Shown here: positions 35,501-46,554 of the stretch, piece by piece
How positions within the stretch are numbered: position 1 is the first letter of the stretch
Layout: each line of letters starts with the position of its first letter
Assembly: GCF_964194155.1 (NCBI RefSeq)
Contig: NC_135887.1
Coordinates: 117,490,001 to 117,554,000 of the forward strand
Direction of reading: 5' to 3'
Origin: Cetorhinus maximus
Taxonomy: Eukaryota
Length of the DNA: 64,000 bases
Translations under genes and position numbers: made by a program
The notes under the pieces: generated by a model
Database searches by the model: none
What the model saw: the letters and a program-made list of their open reading frames with translations, nothing else
Told to the model about the DNA's origin: nothing

Positions 35501-38147
35501 ATTGAATGGCGGAGCAGACTCAATGGGCCGAATGGCCTAATTTCTGCTCCTATGTCTTATGGTCTTATGGCTACGCCAGTTCCATTTCTGGTCAATGGTA
35601 ACCCCCCAGGATGTGATAGTAGAGGACTTAGTGATGGTAATGCCATCGAACATCTACGGGTGATGGTTGGATTCACTCTGGTTGGATCTGATCATTGCCT
35701 GACCCTTGTGTGGCACGAATTTTACTTGCCACCTGTCAGCCCAAGCCTGGATATTGCCCAGGCCTTGCTGCATTTGGACATGGACTGCTTAAGTATCTAT
35801 GGGGTCTCGAACAGTGCTGAACGTCACGCAATCATCAGCGAACATCCCCACTTCTGAGCTGAAGATGGTTGGGCCGTGGACACTAGCCTGAAGGATTCCC
35901 TCCACTGATGTCCTGGAGCTGAGATGACTGACCTCCAACAACCACAACCATCTCCCTTTGTGCTGGGTATGTCTCAAACCAGCAGAGAGTTTTCCCCCTG
36001 GTTCCCATTGACTTCACTTTTTCTAGGGTTCCTTGATGCCACACTCTGTCAGATGCGGCCTTGGTGTCAAGGATGGTCACTCTCACCTCACCTCGGGAGT
36101 TCAGCTCTTTTGTCTATGTTTGAACCAAGGCTGTCGTGTGGTCAGGAGCTGAGTGGCCCTAATGGAACCCAAACTGGGCATCAGTGAGCGGGTTATTGCT
36201 AAGCAAGCGCCACTTGATAGCACTGTTGATGACCCCTTCCATTATTTTATTGATGATGGAGAGTAGACTGATGGGGTGTTAATTGGCCGGGTTGGATTTC
36301 TCCTGCTTTTTGTGTACAGGACATACCTGGGCAATTTTCCTCATAGCCGGGTAGATGCCATTGTTGTACCTGTACTGGAACAGCTTGACTAAGGGCGCGG
36401 TAAGTTCTGGAGCACAAGTCTTCAGTACTATTGCTAGAATATTGTCAGGGCCCATAGCCTTTACAGTATCCAGTGCCTTCAACCATTTCTTGATATCATG
36501 TGGAGTGAATCGAATTGGCTGAAGGGTGGCATCTGTGATGCTGGCATCTGTGATGCTGGCGACCTCCGGAGGAGGCCGAGATGGATCATCCACTTGGCAC
36601 TTCTGGCTGAAGATTGTAGCAAATGCTTCAGCCTTATCTTTTGCACTGATGTGCTGGGCTCCTCCATCATTGAGGATGGGGATATTTATGGAGTAAGTTG
36701 TTTAATTGTCCACCACCATTCACGACAGGATGTGGCAGGACTGCAGAGCTTAGATCTGATCCGTTGGTTGTGAGATTGCTGAGCTCTGTCTATCACTTGC
36801 TGCTTATGCTGTTTGGCATGCAAGTAGTCCTGTGTTATAGCTTCACCAGGTTGATACCTCATTTTTAGGTATGCCTGGTGATGCTTCTGGCATGCCCTCC
36901 TGCACTCTTCATTGACCCCTGGCTTGATGGCAATGGTAGAGTGGGGGATATGCTGGGCCATGAGATTACAGATTGTGTTCAATTCTGCTGCTGCCGATGG
37001 CCCACAGCGCCTCATGGATGCCCAGTCTTGAGTTGCCAGATTTGTTCGAAATCTATCCCTTTTAAGCATGGTGGTAGTGTGAATACCCTCCATCGTGTTA
37101 AGGTGGGACTTCGTCTCCACAATGACTCTCCGGTGGTCACTCCTACTGATACTGTCATGGACAGATGCATCTGGGGTAGGCAGGTTGGTGAGGATGAGGT
37201 CAAGTATGGCTTTTCCTCTTGTTGGTGTTCTCACCATCTGCCGCAGACCCAGTCTAGCAGCTATCTCATTTAGGACTCGGCCAGCTCGGTCAGTAGTGGT
37301 GCTATCGAGCCACTCTTGATAAAGGACATTGAAGTCCCCCACCCAGAGTACATCCTGCACCCTTGCCACCCTCAGTGCTTCCTCTAAGTGGTGTTCAACA
37401 TGGAGGAGCACTAATTCATCAACTGAGGAAGGGTGGTATGTGGTAATCAGCAGGAAGTTTCCTTGCTCATGTTTGACCTGATGCCATGAGACTTCATGGG
37501 TTCCGGAATTGATGTTGAGAACTCCCAGGGCAACTCCCTCCCGACCGTATACCACTGTGCCGCCACTTCTGCTGGGCCTGTACTGCCGATGGGGCAGGGC
37601 ATAACCAGGGATGGTAATGGTGGTGTCTGGGACATTATCTGTAAGGTATAATATGTCAGGCTGTGTTTGACTAGCCTGTGAGACAGGTCTCCCAATTTTG
37701 GCACTAACCCCCAGATGTTAGTAAGGAGGACTTTGCAGGGTTGACGGGGCTGAGATTGCCAATATAATTTCCGGTTCCTAGGTTGATGCCAGGTGGTCCG
37801 TCCGGTTTCATTCTATTTAGTGACTTTGTCGCAGTTTGTTACAACTGAGTGGCTTGATAGGCCATTTCAGAGTCAACCACATTGCTGTGGGTCTGGTATC
37901 ACGTGTATGCCAGACCAGGTAAGGATGACAGATTTCCTTCCCTAAAGGCATTAGTTTTTACAACAATTGACAATGGTTTATGGTGATCATCTGACTTTTA
38001 ATTCCAGGTTTTTTATTGAATTCAAATTCCGCCATCTGCTGTGGCGGGATTCGAATCTGTGCTCCCAGGTTTACCCTGGGTGAACTGGCATTACCCTGGG
38101 CCTCGGGATTACTAGTCCAACGACATTACCACTAGCCATCGCCTCTC
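32593..38147 (-). mobile_element. Full-length ORF2-only CR1-group (Zenon-like) LINE with a tRNA-like 5' head, copy A (~3.2 kb excluding the nested CR1)
   Basis: Head GGAGAGGCGATGGCTAGTGG...GATTCGAATCCC; EN: LLTNIWGL...LWVGDFN...PTRGKAILDLILTN...SDH; RT: KAMGPDNI, DRVWHQG, GMFADDC; tail ...CCCACATCCCATGAAT(A)n. Confidence 0.85.
33218..35570 (+). mobile_element. 5'-truncated CR1 (HER1-like) LINE nested in the LINE above
   Basis: PTREQVILDLV...LGGSDH; [11 protein letters not shown]; [10 protein letters not shown]; KFADDTK; 3' tail TATGTCTTATGGTCTTATGG; host LINE sequence resumes on both sides. Confidence 0.92.
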
Positions 38148-40087
38148 CTTCAGTCTCTTCTTGCCCCACTGAATTTATTTCTTCCTCAACTGCATTTTTC
38201 CTCCCCTTGAACAGCCTTTTCCTATCTAAATCCTGGACTCTTCCTGGCCCTTACTGTTTCTTCTTCACCATGAACAACCTCCTACACCACTATCCCCCAC
38301 CAGGGCGTCCTGAGAGCTCTCCGCTTATTCCTTGAGCGGAGGCCTAAACAGACGCCATCTACCACCACCTTCCTCCACCTGGCTGAACTTGTTCTCACAT
38401 TGAACAACTTCTCCTTCAACTCCACTCGCTTCCTTCTAGGTTCTAGCTATGCCTGCTTTTGTAGGATATGTGGAACGTTCCTTAATCCAGTCCCACTTGC
38501 ACCCCTTCCCTCATTTTTTTCCAGTACGTTGATGACTACATCAGTACTCCTCCCTGCTCTCGCTTTGAACTGTAAAATTTCATTCACTTTGTTTCCAATT
38601 TCCACCCATCTCTCACTGACTCTTTCCTTCTCTTCTTGGACTTCTCTGTCTCCATTTTTGGTGATAGGCTAATATAAACTAATATTCACCATAAACTCAC
38701 GGACCCCCATAGCTACCTTGACTGCACTTCCTCACACGCTGCTTCCTGTAAGAACTCTATTCCATTCTCCCAGTTTTTCTGTCATATCTGTCAGACAATG
38801 CAATCTTCCATTCTAGCACATCCAATATTTCTTCCTTTTTCTTCACCAAGGATTCCAAAGGGATCATTTGCTCCGCAAAACCCTGGTCCACTCCTCAGCC
38901 ACCTCCAAATCGCCCGCCTCCCCCCAACCCACCTCCCTTTCTTGCATCACCTTTCCATACTAGTGCAGGAGATGCAACACCTGTCATTTTATCTACTCCC
39001 TTTTCACCATCTGAGGCCCCAATCACTCATTCCAAATGAAGGTGTGATTTACTTCTTCTTTCAATTTAGTATACTGTATTCACTGCTTACGATATGGTCT
39101 GCTCTACTTTGGGGAAACCAAAACCAGACTAGGTGGCCGCTTTGTGGAACACCTCGGTTCAGTCCACAAGCATGACCCTGAGCTTTCTGCCACTTGTCAT
39201 TTCAATGCTGCACTTTGCTTCCACTCTGAGCTTTCTGTCCTTGGCCATAGAGTGTTCCAGTGAAGTTCAATGCTAGCTTGAGGAACAGCAACTCTTTTGG
39301 CTAAGCACTGTATAGCCTTCCAGACTCAACACTGAGTTCAGCAATTTTAGACCATAACCTCTACCTCTGTTTTATTTCATGTGTTTTTTTTGCTGGTTCA
39401 GCTTTGTCTCATTTTTTTTCTTTATTCCTGCATGTTGCATTAGGACAGCTGCTATGTGGCCATTCATACCTCACCTGGACCTCTTTTGTTTCTTTACTAT
39501 ACCTTTGGCTTTTGTACCATGAAATCTTTTGTTACCTAATCTTTCCTGTACTCCACCCTATTTGCATTGGCTATTGTTATTGGCTACTTACCCTGTTTGA
39601 AGACATCACTGTTGCTGAACGCCAGGAGACTTTCTCCTATCACTTGGCACCAGATTCAAACAAAAGGCAGGAAAGGAAAACTCTATGCTTTGCAGATCAC
39701 TAGATCTTTGTGAACAACTTTCATCAAGATCAGCACCCAGTGTTGTCACTTCCCCACTAACTGAAATCAGGCCATTATCTCAAATCCACATCTTCCAAGC
39801 CTATCCCGTATAGAATTACAAATAACATATAACTTATATTTCTTTTAGAATCCATCAATGAAAAATTGGTGCAGGTGTTCCTTGTTATTTCCCACAGTAG
39901 TTTGGAAAGGTAGACTTACATTCAACTTCAGGACTTCCTAAAATGCTTTACAACAAATTAAGTACAATCACTGTTATTTTGCAGGGATTAGCCTTTTTGA
40001 TTACAAGTTTCAATTTTAAAATGAATGATTAAAACTTATAATGGAAAAATTTGATAGCCATGATGCAAAGGTTTTTATTTTATTATA

Positions 40088-40926
40088 GGTAGGTATTACT
40101 TTGGAAGGGCAGATTGGGACGACTTCAACAAGATTGTGGTCCAAGTCGACTGGTAATTCAAAAGCCTTCCACACATTTATTACTCAAAAGCTAAAAGTGA
40201 TGGCTGTGAGGATGAAAGTGCTTTTCTCAGTAGTGCTGCTTATGAAGTATGGATTACCTTAACTGATGAGCCAATGATCGAAGCTTAGCTGCTACACAAT
40301 CTAAGTCTTTTTTATTGTAAATAGAATAGAGTGCTATGTGATGTCTTTACTTGGCTTAATGCGTGAGCAATTAAGCTAGCTTAGAAGGGTGTGAGGTTAA
40401 GCCTCATTAACTGTGGGATGGGGGTACCTTGGGCTTTATTATACTCTGGAGAATTCAGCTTGTAAGTAGGGTCAGATTGTAACAATGGCTGTGATTTCCT
40501 TCTGTCAAAACAAAATGATGTAAGCAGGTTACTGTATGAATTTAGATTCTAGTAAGGTAATTGCAAAATTAGGTCTGCAGCTATATTACATTGTTGGTCT
40601 AAGGCCATCAGCTAGAACGTGCAAATCTAAGTTGGAGATATACTTTGCCAGCAGTAAGTTTTGGAGTTTCAGCCAACTGTCTGAACCTTTCCTAAGTCCA
40701 GCTTCACACTGCAGTTGTACTTCACATGGTGCCATGTCCAAATAATGTGACACAGCTCCCCTGTGAGCTGGAAATGAGGTCTTCTATTGATTGGTTTTGG
40801 TATGTTCCAGAGTCAGATTGGGATCTGATTCTGGAGTTATGAAATCACTTTCACATAAGTGCAACACCAGAACCCCTTTGCACTACTGTGAAAGTGCCTG
40901 TGTAACTACACTCTAAGGCAGCTACT
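40088..40926 (+). other. Unclassified hairpin-rich non-coding element containing a hammerhead-like motif
   Basis: At least seven stems readable by eye, G-U pairs favouring the + strand, more balanced base composition than the AT-rich flanks, and no meaningful ORF (see findings). Confidence 0.55.
40248..40323 (+). ncRNA. Degenerate type I hammerhead ribozyme-like motif
   Basis: CTGATGA (40263-69), G...C, GAA(G) (40280-83), stem III CTTAG/CTAAG, GTC triplet (40305-07); stems I and II are decayed. Confidence 0.5.
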
Positions 40927-41109
40927 TAAATATCTCTATTTTTTTCCTGAGGTTGCCTCAGAGTTTTGTTGAGTAACTTATTTTGACAAAGTAAAAAATA
41001 AACCAAAGTAATATTTTATTATTAATATCCTGAAAATGCTTTTTATTAGTTACACTACTTGAAGCATAGTAACATTTATATAGTTGATTGGTAGTACAGA
41101 ACTTGAATA

Positions 41110-42435
41110 TTGCTCAAAAAAGAGACTTGCTATTGAAGTTTTTCATCTTGCACTCATCAGGACAGCTTGCAAGATAAACCAAAAGTAAAGGGATCAAAAA
41201 CTTATCCCGCATGAGAAGAGTGCTGACTGGCCGGCCGGCAAGTGGACTCCGATTGGTAGAGGCGCTGCCGTGGAGAATGCAGCAGAGATTAGTCAACTGC
41301 CACACCCTTATTCAAATTCATACCAGGTAGGTTGGCTCTGATAGATCAAGGCATTGCCATAGGAAATGAACCGGGGAATGGCTGTCCCTCGAGCCTTTGT
41401 TTAGTTGGAAAAGGTGCAATTCTCCTTCCGTCTGCAAAGAACAGGGCCTTGTGAGTGAATAAATGTCGCTTCTAGCTTGTATAAGTGAGCCACACTGTGG
41501 GCATAACTGATAATCTTGAATTTGTTTTCAGTATCACTTAACACAATCAAGATTGTTTAGCAAGTGCTGTCCACTTGCAGAATCACATCTAATGTTGGAC
41601 ACTATGTTTTGAGTTTTGCAAGCATGGGCTGGTCGGTTACGGTCAATACTTTGCCTGTTGTGAACAGCCGAAGGGACGTGCTGTTTCATACGATTCACCA
41701 GTCATTAGGACATACGGCCTACGTACCTGGCGTCACACCGGCACAAATTCATGCACCATGTTTTTGTGATGGGCAGAACATCTTTATGGCTTGATGACAG
41801 CATCCTGTTAGTGCAGAATACCATAAGTCCCAACAACTGGCAGATCATATCAAACAGCATGTTCCTTCGGCTGTCCGCAACAGGCAAATTACTGACTATA
41901 CCCAACCAGCCCATGCCTGCAAAACTCAAAATACAGTGTCCAACATTAGATGTGATTCCACGATCTGACAACACTTGTTAAACAATCTTGATTGTGCTAA
42001 GAATTGCACTGAAAGCCAATTTAAGATGATCAGTCAGGCTCACAGTGTGGCTCACTTACGCATGCTAGCAGCCACATATATTCACAGACAGGACCCTGTC
42101 CTTTGCAGACAGAAGGACAATGCCCACACATTGTGCCTTTTCCAACTAAACACAGGCTTGGGGGAACAGCCATTCCCTGGTTGATTGCCCATGGCAATGC
42201 CTTGACCTCTCAGAGCCAACCTGCCTGGCTTGAATTTGAATAATAGCTTGGCAGTTGACTGTTCTCTGTTGCACTCTCCATGGCAGCGTCTCTACCAATC
42301 AGAGTCCACTTGCTGGTCAGTCAGCACTCTCTTCTCATGCAGTATGAGTTGTTGTTCCCTTTACTGTTGGTTTATCTTGCAAGCTGCCCTGATGAGTGCA
42401 AGATGAAAAGCTTCGATAACATGTCTCTTTCTGTA
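41110..42435. mobile_element. Penelope GIY-YIG 3'-end palindrome (arms ~41110-41821 on -, ~41822-42435 on +)
   Basis: Long inverted arms; translation CRCDARYVGR...KQHVPSAV (GIY-YIG); a minimal hammerhead core near each outer end. Confidence 0.85.
42383..42420 (+). ncRNA. Minimal Penelope hammerhead motif (mirror copy at 41129-41166 on the - strand)
   Basis: gctgcc CTGATGA gtgcaagat GAAA AGCT TC^gataac; stem I gctgtc/gacagc inferred by comparing four copies. Confidence 0.7.
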
Positions 42436-43645
42436 TTACTGAAGCGTTTGTACACCTTATCATGTCACAAAGCTTCAAAGTAGTTTATGCAATTATTTTT
42501 AAGTGCAAAGGCTGTTGTTATAATAAATATTAGTCCAAGAAATTACGTTTGCTGTCAAAAACTTTATTTCAATTCTTGTTTTTTTACTGTTTCACTCAAC
42601 TATATTTGTGGATTTATTTTTCATTCAACATGGCTATGTCATTCAGATATTAGAGGAACATAGCCAATTAGGTTGTACTATATTAGTGCAAAGATATTAT
42701 CACAGATGAATGAACAAGTGTAAAGTACCACAGATTCTAAGGTGAAAATGATGTACAGTTTATTGGAGAACAGGGGTTGCACAAAGCCGCAATGTCAGAG
42801 GGGATGCTGAATTCATTCCTATTGTCATATTAAAGGTGACTGGTGTGAAATAGTTTATTCACTCTTGAGATTTCTTCCCTGTAAATGCTACACAGTGCTG
42901 GTGCAGTACAAGGAAACAGCAACAGGTGTCACTCATTATGTCAGTAGCAAAAGCTGAAACAATGACCAGCCCTGGGAGTTAGGTGAGTGCTTAAGTAGGA
43001 ATTATCCTAATGATCTTTGCCAGAAAAGTGATCTGCAAGGATCACTGATTGGCATTTGGATAATCAAGCTTAATGAAGATAACGCTGCCTGAAAAACATT
43101 GCAGGTGTTAATTTGTGTTATTTTGAAGACAATAGCTTGTTTTGTTTTAGGATGAAAGAACTTCTTTGCACTGTTTCAAATTGTACGACACAAGGTTAAG
43201 CCAATATGTAGACTTTTTTCTCTCGAATTCCAAAATTTAGTACCTGCACTAGCTTTACATATTGTTGTTTATAGAGTCTGGAAAAGAAGAAACACAGTTG
43301 TTCCGTGTACATTTTTCATTTCTGAATGCATAATGGTCTGTTGATCGACATTAAATCTCCAATCCATTTAGCTGAGATTTCATCATTAATAGAAGGAACT
43401 TGAAATCGGAGACACAGTGCAGGTGACTGATTTGGTCATGAATTACTGGACTTTGGCCTCATTCTACACACAGTTTCAAGTTCTGATAAAATTTACTTTT
43501 ATTTCCAGCTGCAGCTTTTTCTCCCCTGGAGCATTTTCAATTTACGTTACTGAACATGTTAGTGTTAAATATAAGTATATGTGTATTTTGTTCCAAAATA
43601 TATGTGTACTTCAAAAATAAATTATTCCCATTTTGGTTTGAATAG

Positions 43646-43783
43646 GAGCTTCCTGCACCCTTGCTTGATGATGTGATAGAGATTGATGAAGCTGTCAGAG
43701 AGACAGAAGACAATACTACTACAGCTGCATCCCAGAATTCCATGACAATAGCGTGGCGATACCAAAACTTGCCAAAAATACAG
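43646..43783 (+). CDS. ELP4: ELP4 internal coding exon (probably exon 4)
   Basis: gaatAG|GAG CTT CCT...ATA CAG|GTatga; 138 nt, phase 0-0; ELPAPLLDDVIEIDEAVRETEDNTTTAASQNSMTIAWRYQNLPKIQ, containing the ELP4 motifs ELPAPL and M.IAWRY. Confidence 0.95.
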
Positions 43784-44624
43784 GTATGATCTTGCATTTC
43801 TTTAAAGCATAACCATGTGAAATGAATCAAAAGAAAGCTTTGATAAAAGATGTACCTTTACCATGAAAGGTTAAAAATGTAAGTGAAATTGCAAATTGAT
43901 TTATCTTCTAGTTTATTTTTTACACTTGCTCTTTTGTAGCTTCATACTGTTTTAAAACATGAACTATCAGAAAGATTGGAAATATTTAAGTGACATTGTT
44001 ATGTAGTAGTGGACTTTTCTTTAAAAAAAAACTTAAATTGTTTTGATCTGTATCTGATTCTTCACTTTGAATAACCTTCAAGATGAATAATATTATTCCA
44101 TGTCTTAATCATTTTAAAGATTGCAGTTAAATTTTGAAGAGGTCTGATTGTATTTCCTATGGGAACTGGTGTTAACTATTTTAAATGTGAAGCCAGTCAG
44201 GCCATTGTAACTAGGAATCAGGTTCCTCGTGAAGCTGTTGATTTTGGGAGCTGTGAAGGAATAATGAAAATGTTCAATTCCACATGATTTGTAGAAAATG
44301 TGCTTTCTTTTCTTGGTGCCAATTTTAGCCCATCCAAAATACATTGACTGTTGTTGTGGTACAATTCCAACAACACCAGCAACCCACTCCCCTTTCTGGT
44401 GTCTTAACCAGTTGACTAATCTAAATACATGATCCTACACAGTGAATGTTGATAGGGACTGATCATTGTAGCTGGGCCCAGTCTTATCTTCTCCAGGAGG
44501 AGCCAGTGGCTCACAATCATGAGATCAAAAGGGGGAAACCTCAGTCAAATATTCTCCTTCCAAATCTGGCTATCCTTTTCTTTCTCCTGCCCAGGCTTGA
44601 TGAGGCTCATTAGATAGCAACCTA

Positions 44625-45018
44625 CCTTAAGCATTCACTCTCTCCACCACCAGCACATCATAGCTGTAGTGTGTACCATGTACACAGTGTGGTGCAGCAA
44701 CTCACCAAGGCTTCTTCGACAGCTCCTGCCAAACCTGCAACTTCTAGCAGCTAGAAGGACAAAGGCAATAGACACATGGGAACACTACCACCTGCAAGTT
44801 TCCCTTCAAGTCACATATTACCCTGATATGGAAATATATTGCCATTCCCTCATGATTGTTGGGTCAAAATCCTGGCACTCACTCCCTAACTGCACTGTAA
44901 GAGTACCTAAACCACATGGAAAGCAGCGGTTCGTGGACACCACTCACTACCAGCTTTTCAAGGACAATAAATGTCACAATGCCAGAAACCCTAACATCCC
45001 ATGAACGAATATAAAAAA
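44625..45018 (+). mobile_element. CR1-Zenon-like LINE 3' fragment
   Basis: IHSLHHQHIIAVVCTMY...NSPRLLRQLLPN...KSWHSLPN followed by the family tail. Confidence 0.75.
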
Positions 45019-46388
45019 TGATCAGCTAAATCAGCACAGACTAGAAATTTAAGCCCTTAATCTTCTGACCTGTATAGCTCAAGATAGTTTTTTTTTAGCT
45101 ATTTGGATCATCGGTAGGGAGTTTTACTCACTTGTCATTGTTTTACCAGCTATGACCAGAACAGACTTTTCCTTGAGCATCAAGTTCTTACCCCTTTAAA
45201 AAGTTTTCTAAAGAGAGCACTATGGTGCAATTGGTCAGACCTGCACTGATGCAAAACACTTTGATAGTACCCACCAACTCCATTGGTAAAGGAGTCAAGT
45301 AACTATTTTGGCATTACTGATTCTTATCAGATGAATGTTGAAGTTCATTTAGAGCCAGTCTGTTAGGAAATCCATATTCTACACTTGGGATGCCCTATTG
45401 AGGAAAGGTTGAAAGAGACAAGTAAATGTATGCCGATGCCTTTCATTCTAACTTTGTGTGGCAACAATGGAATCAATTCCTTTTAGTGCTAAGGACAAAA
45501 TGAGTCGGAATGTTAGAGGTTAATGTATTCCACATATTTGAATTCATCATTTAATTTCACTTTACAGTTCATTGTTGTGTTAATAAGGCTAAATAAACTA
45601 GATTATACAATTGGTAAGCAATCTTCCAAGATCATAGATCAGGATATCAAAAGCCATTATGCAGCCAATATCTGGACGCTGGTAGAAAACGAAGCAGAAC
45701 TTTTACAAATGTGCAAAATTCACAATAAAAAGACTTTTTTTATTATAGTATTTATAAGGCAAACTTGTAATTTGTTCTCAAGGTCACATTTCATCCCTGC
45801 TCTGCTTTGGCTGTAGTCCATTTCACAGTGTGAAGTTACTGGTACATATTTAGCAGAGGAACGCTGTTTCTACAAGCTCTATTCATATGTAAATAGCTTT
45901 TGGTTTCTTGCTGTATTAACATATAAAAAAATCCTTCCCAACCAAATAATCCAGTTTATTCAGATCTATTAATACATCGGTATGTTAGAGTAAAATAAAA
46001 TGTTTCATTCAAGTTTATAAGTGAATAAATAGTTTTTTTTTAAAGATATATTAACCGCTGGTACACACTGCACTCGATGGACACTCGGTACTTCACAAGG
46101 TTTCCAGCAATTTCAAAGTGGATAATTGAATGAATAAAGTTCATTTCGAAACATTGAATAGTTAATGGAGAAATATTTTCCACTGAATTGACACACAATC
46201 CTTAATATTCTAAGGAAAAATGCTTGTATGGTTTTAAGTATCTCTCAGTAGTGCCTCATAGTGGTGCTTTATGCTTAAAGTCTGGGAACAGACATATGTG
46301 CAGAACTCCTCCTAAGGTGACACTAAAAGGGGGAGTTCATCCTACAATCACCATCTCTGTTCATATCATTGGAATTGAAACTCATGAT

Positions 46389-46554
46389 CAATGTTCCCCT
46401 TAAGCCCCACAACTGCACAGCACCATGACAAATTCCCGTGCACAAGTTGGCACCTACAAGTTACTGTGTGTGCATGGCTACACAAACAAAATTAAAGGAG
46501 CCGTGTACTTAAATAGATCACCCAGGTCCTCCTAGAAAAATAGAGGGAATGGTG
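46389..46554. mobile_element. hAT-type MITE related to 30303-30477
   Basis: CAATGTTCCCCTTAA / TAGAGGGAATGGTG; TSD-like flanks CTCATGAT / TTCATAAT. Confidence 0.6.

Larger units (their letters stand above)
30711..39560. mobile_element. Penelope-like retroelement: inverted 3' segment (30711-~31790, -) plus body (+; ~31820-32592 and 38148-~39560), split by a LINE
   Basis: NIVIKSADKGGIVV, KIHK...PI / SCPT, LTLNNFSF, decayed YVDD region and GIY-YIG-like end; the 3' end is present in both orientations. Confidence 0.75.

Noticed and set aside
40356-40367. PAX6 paired-domain-like site (reverse complement CTCACGCATTAA)
   Set aside because: A single imperfect motif inside a block better explained as a structured element; insufficient without conservation data.
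40552-40592. Resemblance to SSU rRNA helix 45 (AAGGTAA-TTGCA...TGCAG) and to group I intron Q/S words (TCTGCAGC, GAGATATA)
   Set aside because: Short, imperfect matches with no flanking rRNA homology and no recognisable P7 pairing.
40802-40836. Similarity to the cardiovirus IRES word GGGATCTGATCTGG
   Set aside because: Explained by a simple local hairpin; no other IRES domains or downstream ORF.
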